From: Lama guanicoe
Taxonomy: Eukaryota
Reading direction: 5' to 3'
DNA length: 64,000 nucleotides
Assembly: GCA_013239625.1 (NCBI GenBank)
Contig: MU053645.1
Location: 860,274 to 924,273 of the forward strand
Under the pieces are notes generated by a model. It ran no database searches. It had not been told where the DNA came from and was given only the letters and a program-made list of their open reading frames with translations. Position 1 is the stretch's first letter, and every line of letters starts with the position of its first letter. Shown here in pieces: positions 13,187 to 23,549 of this stretch. Made by a program: the position numbers and the translations under genes.

Positions 13187-14500
13187 ATTCATTTTTAACA
13201 AGTATCTGCTTATAGGCCAGGTATTCTGCTTGGTGAATAAGACAGACACAGTCCCTGCCCTTATGGAACTTACAGTCTAATATGGAGGAAAAACATTGAA
13301 TCACTAATGAAATGGATTCTGAATGGGAAAAAAGGTAAATTACAGGAACACACAATAGGTAGACTAACCTAACCTCAGTCAAGGGTTGATCAGGGAAGGC
13401 TTCCTGGTAGAAGTGACATTTAAAATATAACCTGAAATATAGCAGTGGAGAGAGAAACCCCATGCACGACGGCACAGAGACAGGAAGCCCAGTGTGGTTG
13501 TAGAGTGAGGAGGGGAGAGCAATGGGCGAAAGGTACAAGATGAAGCTAGGAAAAGGTCATAATGATTTAGGGGCTTTAGTCTAAGGGCAATGTATACCTA
13601 TTAAGGAGTTTCAAACAAGGACATACAATTATTCAGTTTACACTTGTAAAAGATCATTCAGGCAAATGGACTCTAGGTAGGAAGATGGAGTGCATGTGCT
13701 GGTTTCAGTGAGGAGATTATTTCCATGGTCTAGCTCAGACACAATTTAAGCTTAGACTAGGATGCTGGCGGTGAAGATTAAGAGATTTTAATACAGATAA
13801 GATATATTTTTGTGTAAAAAATAACAACTTGCTGACAGATTAGACTGGGAAGGGCATGAAGAAGGGTACTGTCAAGGGTGATACCTAGGTTTCTGGCTTA
13901 AACAAATGGGTGGATGGTCTGACTCTTTATTGAAAAGGGAAAAGTTGGAGGAGGAGTAGCTGAATAGGTTGCAGAGGGGAGGTTAGTCGATGAATTCATC
14001 CTGTGACATTTTGAGTTTAAGATACTTGTAGCATATGGAAATCCAGATGCAGATGTCAACAAGGCAGTTGGCTATGTGGGTCTTTAGCCCAGGAGAGCTA
14101 AAGATGAATAGATCTGGGTCTCCTTTATGTACAGATGGTAACTGATGCCTACGGAGGGTGGACTAATGTGAAAAAAAGGGGGTATAGATATAACTGAGCC
14201 TTGAGGACTTCTGTCATATTTGTAGCTAACAGAGGAGGGGCTCAAAAAGGAGCCTAAGAAAGAGCAGCTATAAAGGAAACCAGAAGTCTGCGTCACAGAA
14301 ACACAAGGAAAATTTTGTGTCAAGGAGATTGTGTCAAGAAGATACTGGTCAACTAGGGAGAATACTGTTGAATAGTTACATAAAATGAGGAACTGGAAGT
14401 AACCATAGGAATTTATTGACATTAAAGCCAATGATAAACTTGGCAAAAGAAAATTTTGGTGACATGATAGGGAATGGAAACCAAGTTCCAGCCTTTGATG
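13187..14500 (-). mobile_element. LINE-2, ~1.3 kb 3' portion
   Basis: Starts with the antisense L2 tail (aacaagtatctg...gtgaataagacagacacagtccctgcccttatggaacttacagtcta), followed by typical purine-rich L2 body motifs (gggaaggcttcctggtagaagtgacatt; tacctaggtttctggctt; gacattttgagtttaagat). Confidence 0.9.
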
Positions 14501-15014
14501 TCTTTCTAAATATTCTCAGAGAAAATTCATTAGAGCAGGGAACCTTGAGTCTTGTGCTGAATGAATGAAAGACTGAATCACAAGATAGTTCTTGAAACCA
14601 GCTGCTCTCCATTTTCTAGTCCATTTAATATTCTCAGCAAGACAGTTGAGCGACTCATCCAAGGTCACTCATCTGGTCAATGGCAAAGCCCTGACACAAA
14701 CTCAGATTTTCGGGCTTCAAGTCTCAGGCTTTCCCCAAAGCCCCATAGCTGTATTCCTCTTTATTTCCTTCCCAGGGTACCCACTAAGAGTAAGTACTCT
14801 ATAAATGCTTTGTGAATGGTTTTCTCGTTAAGATACCGTGTTAAATGTAAGCTAAAGAACGAACGTTTACAGCTAGTCCTAAAAGAGGCAGCTTAAGACC
14901 ATCTGGTCTTTAACATTCTGTATGCTGAATAGCTAAGAGACAAAGAGAAGGAGATAAATGGTGGCAAATAATCACTGTGGTTGGAAATGCCTCCTGAGAA
15001 ACAAAATGGCGTTA

Positions 15015-15133
15015 TAGTCTGTATTCTCTTAGACTGGATACTTCTTGAGGGCAGGGGATGCGTCTCATCCTTCTTTTCTACGTCTAGCACAGTGCCTGGC
15101 TCAGAGGGAGGGCACAGTAAGTGTTTACTGAAT
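15015..15133 (+). mobile_element. LINE-2 3' end fragment
   Basis: ttagactggatacttcttgagggcaggggatgcgtctcatc...tctagcacagtgcctggctcaga...agtaagtgtttactgaat. Confidence 0.8.
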
Positions 15134-15199
15134 CACATAGTATAGTAAAAGGAAACAAAGTTTCATTTTCTGATGTTTCCTCCCGTGTAAAAACAACAA

Positions 15200-15432
15200 G
15201 AGCTGTTATTACCATTTACTATTATGTCAGACACTGTTCTAAGTCATTTATCCATATACTCTCATTTAGTATGTACAAAACTCCTAGGCTGTAGATACTA
15301 TTATTATGCCCATTTTATACACAGGGCAACTGAGGCTCAGAAAGGTCAAGTGACTACTCTGTGGCTGTGAAGGTAGCAAACGGAAGAGCCAAGCCTTAAG
15401 TTCCGACTCCAGAGGCCAAGCTCTTAACCATA
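15200..15432 (-). mobile_element. MIR SINE
   Basis: tattattatgcccattttatacacagggcaactgaggctcagaaaggtcaagtgact...gactccagaggccaagctcttaacca. Confidence 0.9.
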
Positions 15433-15651
15433 AATTCTTCCTCACATCTAAACTTAGCTCTTCTGTGTCACATTCTTTATACTTTTCTACATGACAGCTG
15501 CACTGATTAGTATATTTCCTTACCCGAGGTATTCTTATATTTCCAAATTTACTAAAAGTCCTATACAAATATTTTTTAAAGAGCAAATGATGCAACTTCC
15601 TTGCTTTGAGGTCGCACCAAATAGGACGCTGCTTATTCAGTATGTCTGTAC

Positions 15652-15664
15652 TGGTCAAAGTTCA
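15652..15664 (+). promoter_or_regulatory. Candidate nuclear-receptor DR1 element (HNF4/PPAR-RXR type)
   Basis: TGGTCA-A-AGTTCA in unique sequence; motif match only. Confidence 0.25.
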
Positions 15665-16019
15665 GGGAACTCATTCTACCTAGCTGTCCTTACACCATGT
15701 GCTTTTATTTGGGATCTTTTTGACTACGTCTCTTCCACAAATCGGCTATGAATTTATTTTGATGACTATAAAGTTGAGGGGAGGTTTTCAGAGTGAGGTG
15801 ACCTCACATTCATTTGACTTTGCTCAGGCCATTTCCCTCCTCCTCAATGGAAAGTATGCACTTGGAGGCTGCCAGGATACATACAGTTGTCATAGTCATT
15901 CCTCTAGGTTCAAGGTGGCAAAAATACAAGGAGCCTTTAATATTTGCAGCCCAATTCTGAAAGCAGACCTTTCTAGGAGGGATTAAACTTGAAAGGCACT
16001 GAGACAGGGGAGGAGATAA

Positions 16020-16490
16020 CATGATGGTGTCAGAGAAACCTGAACTGCAAGTCAGGCGCTGTAGACCTGGCTTTAGCGCTAGCAGTGAGAGACTGTGCAA
16101 GCTTGAGCAATTAACTTGCCCTTTCTGGTTCTAGTTTCTTTTTCTGTAGTACTCAAACTAAAATAATGAGCCCAAATGGCACCGAAGTAAGTCAGGCATA
16201 CACTATCTGGCCTTCTCCCACGACACAGATAAAGCTCAGGCAGCCTTCAAAGCCCCAGGCAAGCTCCTTGGAGTAGGAGAGAACACACAGGCTTTGAAAA
16301 CAGGCATTGGGATGAACTCTGGACTCTCAGCTCCTGGATGTATGACCTTGAATTTCACCTCCCTGATCCTCAGACTACTCATGTATAAAAAGGGAGTAAT
16401 AATAGTACCTACCTCACAAAATTGTGAGAATTCACCCACTCAGGGAATCTGGCACACTGCCTTATGTATAGTAAGCACTCAGTAAAAAGC
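16020..16490 (+). mobile_element. Two MIR fragments (~16020-16145 and ~16290-16490)
   Basis: tgtgcaagcttgagcaattaacttgccctttctggttctagtttc; tgtatgaccttgaat...tgtataaaaagggagtaataatagtacctacctcaca. Confidence 0.8.
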
Positions 16491-16639
16491 ATGATACTAA
16501 TTACGAATAGTAAATGTCTTTATTTTATTCTGATTCCCAAGTCTATATCCAATCCAAAGCCTCATATCCTTATCTACAGGATGGGTATAATAATTTCTGT
16601 ATTTCCCACCTAACAGGGCTAATATGAAGATAACATAAA

Positions 16640-16820
16640 ATTCATCCATTCAATCACCTAACTAATAATTATTGAGGACTGAGCAAGCCAATGCAGATAC
16701 AAGTGTGAACAAGACAGGCGAAGCCCTTGCTCTCATGGGGCTTTGAGGATAGTTGGAGGAAACAGAAAATGAATATATAAATGAAGAATTAAGATTATTT
16801 CAAGTAATGAAAAGTGCTAG
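16640..16820 (-). mobile_element. LINE-2 3' end fragment
   Basis: ttcatccattcaatc...ttattgaggact...agatacaagtgtgaacaagacaggcgaagcccttgctctcatggggctt. Confidence 0.75.
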
Positions 16821-19067
16821 ACAGTGGCAGGATTCGTCCTGGCCTTGAAGTATGAAGATTAAATCATCTGTACAGTGTCTGTTGCCTGGTCAACATTCAA
16901 CAGCATTTACCATGACTTTTTAATACTGTATTTATTTCTTGGCATATCTGTCAACCTCAGCCACTGAGATGTGAATTCCAGAAAACATGGATTGTGTCTA
17001 TCTGATTCAGCAAGGCAAATGAAGGCCCTCACAGAGCCCAGAGTGACTAATCACACACACACGTGTGCACAAAAATTCACACATGCTCACACACATACAA
17101 ATGCATATACGTAGGAGCATGTTCATAACTAAAAAGGACATGGTGAAACTTTAGGATATGAAGAAAAAGGCAAGATACAGTAAACTTCTAAGAAGCAACA
17201 ATTATTTACAAAGGTGAGAATTATACAGGAGTCAAACTCATTAGCAACACTGGAGTAATACAGTAAAACACTAGGGAATCAGTTATAAAATAAATATCAA
17301 GCCATATACAATGGGAATTTCATATCAGATAAATGTTACTCATAAACCTGTCAATAGTTTCCCTATTTAAAAGAAATACTGAATATTATTGTAGATTAAA
17401 ATTTTTGCTAAATAAGAAAGACAGCAATCAGAGCAATGCCTTAATTTGTGTGAGGAAAATTATACTCAACCTAAAATTACATTGAGTCAAGCATAAGGAA
17501 AAATGATATATCGGTCATGAAAATAAAAAAGCATTTGGAAAAAATGTTTGTTGACTGAATGAATAAATGAATGAATAAATCTTCCCTTTCTGGACCTCCA
17601 GCAGCATCGGCCATTGCCCAGGGACTAGCGAGTTCCTGCTGTCCCCTGACTGCTCCAGAGTCCAACTCTAGTCTTTTTTTTGGTCACAAAAGGCTGTTCA
17701 CATTTATGTCTACTGTCCTTCCATCTGCACTCACCAGATTTCACAACACATAAGGTCCTTACTTCCCAATTCTTATCTCCTTTTAATTATTAGATCTTAT
17801 ACCACTCCTGCCTACACAAACACACACAATAATAAAACAACTCTTCTCCTCCAACATCTACTATAAAGCGCCCTCACTGGGATTCTTTTTTTTTTTTTTC
17901 TAGCGTTTCTCCAAAACAGAGCAACCTATCAATAGGAGATGAGGACTCTTCATTGTTTATCTTTGGGGAAATCAAATTGTTACAGCCAATGACTCATCTT
18001 TTATGGCAGAAGACCCTTTTTTGGGCCCTAGAGCTGGAGCTACCAGTCAGGTCTCAGAAGGAGCTTACGGTTCCTCTCAGCCTGCGACTTGCCGCTGCAC
18101 TTGAACCCCCGAAGAAGGGAGAGGCCCTGAAGCTCAGAGTCTTCTCTGACAGAAATACTGTTTGCCAACTTTACACTGAAGCTCCCACAGTTACTAGAGC
18201 TTCTGGGTAACTTCTGGTGATTAAGGCTATCCCTTCAGGAAAAGAAGCCACCATGGCAGATTTTTACCTTGGAATTTAAAAACCACCCTACACAAAAGAA
18301 TGATCCTTTGTCTCTTATTAAAAAATTAGTAAATTTTTTCATCTTCTAGCTCAGCCTCAGGATGACAGAAGTTATCTTCGGGCACTCTGCCCTCCCTCAG
18401 ATTGTAAGAACTTGTCTGTGCTGATGCTGGTATGTAAATCTCTGTCATGTAATCTTAAGAGACACACACTCTCATTAAGTGTCTTTCTTGGACCCAGCAC
18501 CACTGTTCTGCATTGTCCACCATCAAGTTGCAAAGATGGGTGTACACATGCCCATTAGGACATATTTTATGTACCTGAGGCCCACAAGCCCACATGTGTA
18601 CGTATACATTTATTAACATTAGTAAACTGTGGGAATATTCTGGAAATTTCTGGATTTGCTGTCGAATCTAGATTGAGGAGGTATTCGAACAACTGCAATG
18701 GAAAGTTGGGCAAATCATCTCATTACATGAACACTTGCATACTGAGTTCATTAGTCTTCTCTGACTAATGAAAGAAGATGGCATAGGTTTACAATGTAAG
18801 TATTGATGTAAGAAGATTAATAACAGGCTTCCTAGTTGTTTCTCTTCCCCACAGGTGGGAAACCAGAGCACACAGGGCTTTCTTGCAACCCCCGGAACAC
18901 AGAGCATGCGAGACTAAATAGAGATACTTTAGGAAGACGTCAAAGGAAATTATCAATTTTTTTAAAAGTCTCACTTGACATCAAATGTGAGAAACCATGG
19001 AGAGAGCAGATGACTTGGTAAGATGAAGGGCTTGTGACGGAGAGGAGGTTGAGGGAACTTAAAGGGA

Positions 19068-19142
19068 ATTCATTCATTCATTAAGTTAAAAATATATATT
19101 GAGTGCTGACTGCATGTTTGCATTATTCTAGGCACCAAAGAC
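19068..19142 (-). mobile_element. LINE-2 3' tail (outer element of a nest; continues at ~20480-21000)
   Basis: attcattcattcatt...tatattgagtgctgactgcatgtttgcattattctaggcaccaaagac. Confidence 0.75.
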
Positions 19143-19369
19143 ATCTAATTTGTATCTGAAAATGATGTCTAACAGTATTGAACTGAACATGTTTAAAACT
19201 TCACTCACCATTCCTCCACCCAGAAACCTTTCACAAGTAGTCCTCATCATAGTAAACAACAACTTGATCCTTTCATTTGCTCAGGGAGAAAAAAAATGCT
19301 TTCATCTTTGCATTCCTTGTCCCACATCCCTCATTCCAACCTGTCAGCAGATATTGTTGCCTGTGTTTA

Positions 19370-19697
19370 TTTTTTATGGATTAATTTATTTACTTATTTA
19401 ATAAACACATTTATTATGGTATGGTTCCTGTGCAGTAAACTACACGTATTTCAGATGTACAATTTGATGAATTTTGATAGATGTATATATACACCAATGA
19501 AACCACCACCACAACAATCAAGATAGCTAGCATTTCCATCACTCCCCAAGAGGTGCAAATTTTGAACTCCCAATTTATTCTTTGCCACTCCCTTTTCCCT
19601 CTGGTTACCATAAGTCTTTCCCCATGTCTTCGAGTCCATTTCTGTTTTGCAAATAAGTTCATTTGCATCTTTTTTTTTTTAGATTCCACACATACAT
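19370..19697 (-). mobile_element. Short L1 3' end, apparently chimeric
   Basis: T-rich tail, then an old-L1-type terminus (tgtacaatttgatgaattttga...aaccaccaccacaacaatcaagata), then a camelid-type L1 3'UTR (gaactcccaatttat...ttctgttttgcaaataagttcatttg...agattccaca). Confidence 0.85.
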
Positions 19698-20220
19698 TGA
19701 CCCCTTGTCACCACCTCCACCTGCTACCACCAGATGTACTTTGCCATCATCTCCTACACTGTATTATTGCAAGAGCCTACTAATTGGTCTCTCTCCTTCT
19801 ACCCTTGCCCTCCTATTGTCTTTTCTCCACATAGAAGCCAGATTGATACTTGTAAAAATATGTCTTGTCATTCCTCTGTTCAAATTGAACCACTGGCACT
19901 CCATGTAACTCAGAAGAAAATCCACAGATTTTACCATGACCTACCAGGCACTGCATGACCTGGACAGCTCACCCTGCATTACTCTCTCTGACCTCACCTC
20001 CTGCCACTCCCAGCCTCTCTCACTCACTCCACTCTAACCACGCTGGGTTCCTTGCTATTCTTTGAATATGCTCTGCGTGTCCCACATCTGGGCATTTACA
20101 TTTGATCTTCTCCTAAAAATACAGATGGCACCAACCCTCACCCTCATGTCTTTTCTCAAACACTCCCTTGTCATTGCGGCCCTTCCTGAAATCTTCTGTA
20201 AAAATTGCCACACATACAGA

Positions 20221-20267
20221 CAACGACCACCACCACCAACACCCACCACCACCACCCACCACCACCA
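20221..20267. repeat. Imperfect (CCA)n repeat
   Basis: caacgaccaccaccaccaacacccaccaccaccacccaccaccacca. Confidence 0.9.
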
Positions 20268-20479
20268 AAGGGCATTCATTACCTTCCTTTCCTGCTTTTC
20301 ATCCTCTGGTACATATATAGTTAACTATTTATTTTCTTACTGTCTATCTAAACCTAGTAGAAAATAAACTTGAAGAGGGGCAATTAATTTTACCTATCTA
20401 TATAGGGTAATATCGCCCCCTAGAACAGTCCCTTGCACCTTGTAGGCTCTTAATAAATACAAAGTGACTGAATGAACTA

Positions 20480-21000
20480 GTGAACAAGAATGCTGTTCTC
20501 ACAAACACTGCACTCTGGTAAGGGGAGACAGACTATAAACAAACTAGGACCTATAAGAGTGATAAGTGCTATGCAAAGAATTTAAACAGGGTAGGTAGTG
20601 CCTTGGTTGTCCTTTCAGAGTTGGTGGCCCAGGAAGTCTCTTTGGTGAGGCCAAATGACAAGGAGCCAAGGCACATAAAGATCAGAGGCAAGATTCAGGC
20701 ATAGGAGAGACCTGATGCAAGGGCTATAAGGCAGGACATGTTTATGTGATTTCAGTAACAGCAAGCAGGGAAGCACAGCTGGGACTCACTGAGAAAGAGG
20801 GGAGTAGGAGGATCGGAGATGTAAGAGGGAGGATGGGTCAGATCACATAAAGCTTTGTACACCAGGGGAAAAAGTTTGGGTTTTATTCTAAGTGAAACGG
20901 AGCCACTGGAAGCTTTTCAATAAGAGGACACCTTGATGGGATTGATGTTTTAAGATTATACTTGTTACACTGCTGAGAATGAATTTGGGCAAAAGGTGAA
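20480..21000 (-). mobile_element. LINE-2 (continuation of the 19068-19142 element)
   Basis: agtgaacaagaatgctgttctcacaaacactgcactctggtaaggggagacagac...agtttgggttttattctaagtgaaacggagccactggaagctttt. Confidence 0.85.
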
Positions 21001-21079
21001 AGTGACGTGCATTATCATAGTGGTACAGAGGCTAAAAAATGGGAGGGGGGATTGGGTCTTTATTTGAGGGCTAATAACA

Positions 21080-21302
21080 AGAATGAGCATTCATTAAAAT
21101 GAGATCTATGTACCAGATACTGTGCTAAACATTTTACATGGATTAATTTCTCCGGCCCTATTAGGTTGGTACCAGCATTAATCTCCATTTTACAGATGAG
21201 GACACAGAGACATAGGGACACTGAGTAACCTGTGGTTCCCTGATTCAAACCCAGGTCATATGACTCCAGAGCCCATGTTCATAATAACCACAGTACAGTG
21301 TC
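21080..21302 (-). mobile_element. MIR SINE
   Basis: atctccattttacagatgaggacacagagacataggga...gattcaaacccaggtcatatgactccagagccc. Confidence 0.9.
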
Positions 21303-22849
21303 TCATAAAGAAAGAAGAACATGATTTGGTCCTTTGAATCATCTACCTGCCCTTCCGTTAATCATACCACCAATCAGTAATGCCTAATTGTTTCAGGTGG
21401 GCTGAAAGAAGATCATAATCACTAAGGTTGCTGGAAGAGCACAGTCATTGCCGGAACTAGAGGGAAAGACAACTATCACCACACACACTTATGCTCCGAT
21501 AACCACAAATACGTTTACATGTGCATGATCCTGCTTATATAAATACATGAATATGCATCAGATCATAGATGTTTACTATCACCCAGACCAAGTAGATACT
21601 GGTGATGGCTTATGTGCAAGTGGCATCAGAATGACCTCCTCAAAAGATCTGAGACTCTACATGCCACTTACTCTAAAACAGGCCTAACCATCTCAGGCAT
21701 AAGGTGTGCTAGTCAACCAGCCTTTGGCATCTGTTGCCATACATGCTAGGTAAACTCTTGTGCTTACTTTAGACTTGTCCTGTCCTTGCCGATAGGAAAC
21801 AGCCTTCGTTTTTAAATTTGACTTACCCAAGTTTAATGAGGTAGCGCCAAATAAACTCTATCTAGATTTAAAACCTAAACTTCGGCGAGCCTACTGGAGC
21901 TTAGGTCCATTTTGAAGGCATTTTTACTATGAAGCCAATTAATCACATGCCCATAGGGGAAAGCAAAGGACAGTTACTCATTCTGTAAGCTGAGTATAAT
22001 TACACTGAATCGAGTTATGAAAACTGTGAGGACATTTAAGCTGGGACCCTTGCATCAAATGTAAGTAATCTCCATGTCTATGTGACATATACACAGGAAG
22101 GCCCACAGAGCTAAGAATAAACTGGCACCAGCAAGTACTGTTTAAATGTACATTTAAGGAAAGTGAGGTTGGCATTCAGCCATTCTTCTAATGCCTCAGC
22201 AAGTCAGATTTCCCAGAACCCTACACCCGAAGAGTTCTGCTCTAGGCCCCCTGCATTTAGTATGACAATACCTAAACCAGTCAGAATAAATAGGAACCTA
22301 TTCACTTGTTGAATTCTCCAGCCTCTTTCATCCCATCTTTCTGATATTTTTAAAACCAGACAATCCAGAAAATCCTTCCTATTAAGAATGTTTCTCTGTC
22401 AGAGAACTGGGTCTGTCATCACCCCTCCACCCCTCCCACTAGCATTCACTAACTACCAAAACAATCGTTCTGTTTTTCTTTTATTTTTATGGGGGGGACG
22501 GGTTGTCTATGATTTTTTTTTTTGGAAGTACAGCTGATTTTCAGTGTTGTGTTAATTTCTGGTGTACAGCATAGTGATTCAGTTATCCATATACATATGT
22601 AGATATATACATATACATATATATATTCTTTTTCATTATACGTTATTACAAGCTATTGAATATAGTTCCCTGTGCTCTACAGTAAGACCTGGTTGTTTAT
22701 CTGTTTTATATATAGTAGTTTGTATCTGCTAATCCCAAACTCCTAATTTATCTCTCTCCCCAACCCTGTTTTCTCCTTTGGTAAAAAAAAGTTTGCTTTC
22801 TATGTCTGTGAGTCTGTTTCTGTTTTGTAAATAAGTTCATTTGTGTCAT

Positions 22850-23511
22850 TTTTTAAATTCCACATAAAAGTGATATCATCTGATATTTGTTTTTCTCTGT
22901 CTGACTTATTCCACTTAGTATGATAATATCTAGGTCTATCCATGTTGCTGCAAATGGCATTATTTCATTCTTTTTTATAGCTGAGTAGTATTCATTGTGT
23001 ATATGTGTATGTATATGTGTGTGTATATATGTGTATATGTGTGTGTATGTACATACACCACTGCTTCTTTACCCAGGCATCTGTCAATGGACATTTAGGT
23101 TGCTTCCATGTCTTGGCTACTGTATATACTGCTGCTATGAACATTAGGGTGCATGTGTCTTTTGGAAGTAAAGTTTTCTCTGGATATGTCCCCAGGACAG
23201 GGATTTTTGGATCATATGGCCACTTTATTTTTATGTTTTAGGAATATCCATACTGTTTTCCATAGTGGCTGAACCAATCTACCTTCCCAGCAACAGTGCA
23301 GGAGGGTTCCCCTTTCTCCACACCATTTTCTAGCATTTATTGGTTGTGGACTTTTTAATGGTAGACATTCTGACCAGTGTGAGGTGACACCTTACTGTAG
23401 TTTTGATTTGCATTTCTCTGATAATTAGCAGTATTGACGATCTCTTCATCAGCCTACTGGACGTATGTATGTCTTCTTTGGAGAAATGTCTGTTTAGGTT
23501 TCCTGACCATT

Positions 23512-23549
<38 letters not shown>

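Larger units (their letters stand above)
19145..20478 (+). mobile_element. LINE-2 3' portion, interrupted by an L1 fragment
   Basis: Pyrimidine-rich L2 body (atgtttaaaacttcactc; tattattgcaagagcctactaattggtctc; ctcactccactctaaccacgctgg) ending tagaacagtcccttgcaccttgtaggctcttaataaatac...tgaatgaa. Confidence 0.85.

Noticed and set aside
13026..13538. 170-aa minus-strand ORF (longest in the track)
   Set aside because: It is a chance read-through from the L2 3' end into the L1 ORF2 C-terminus.
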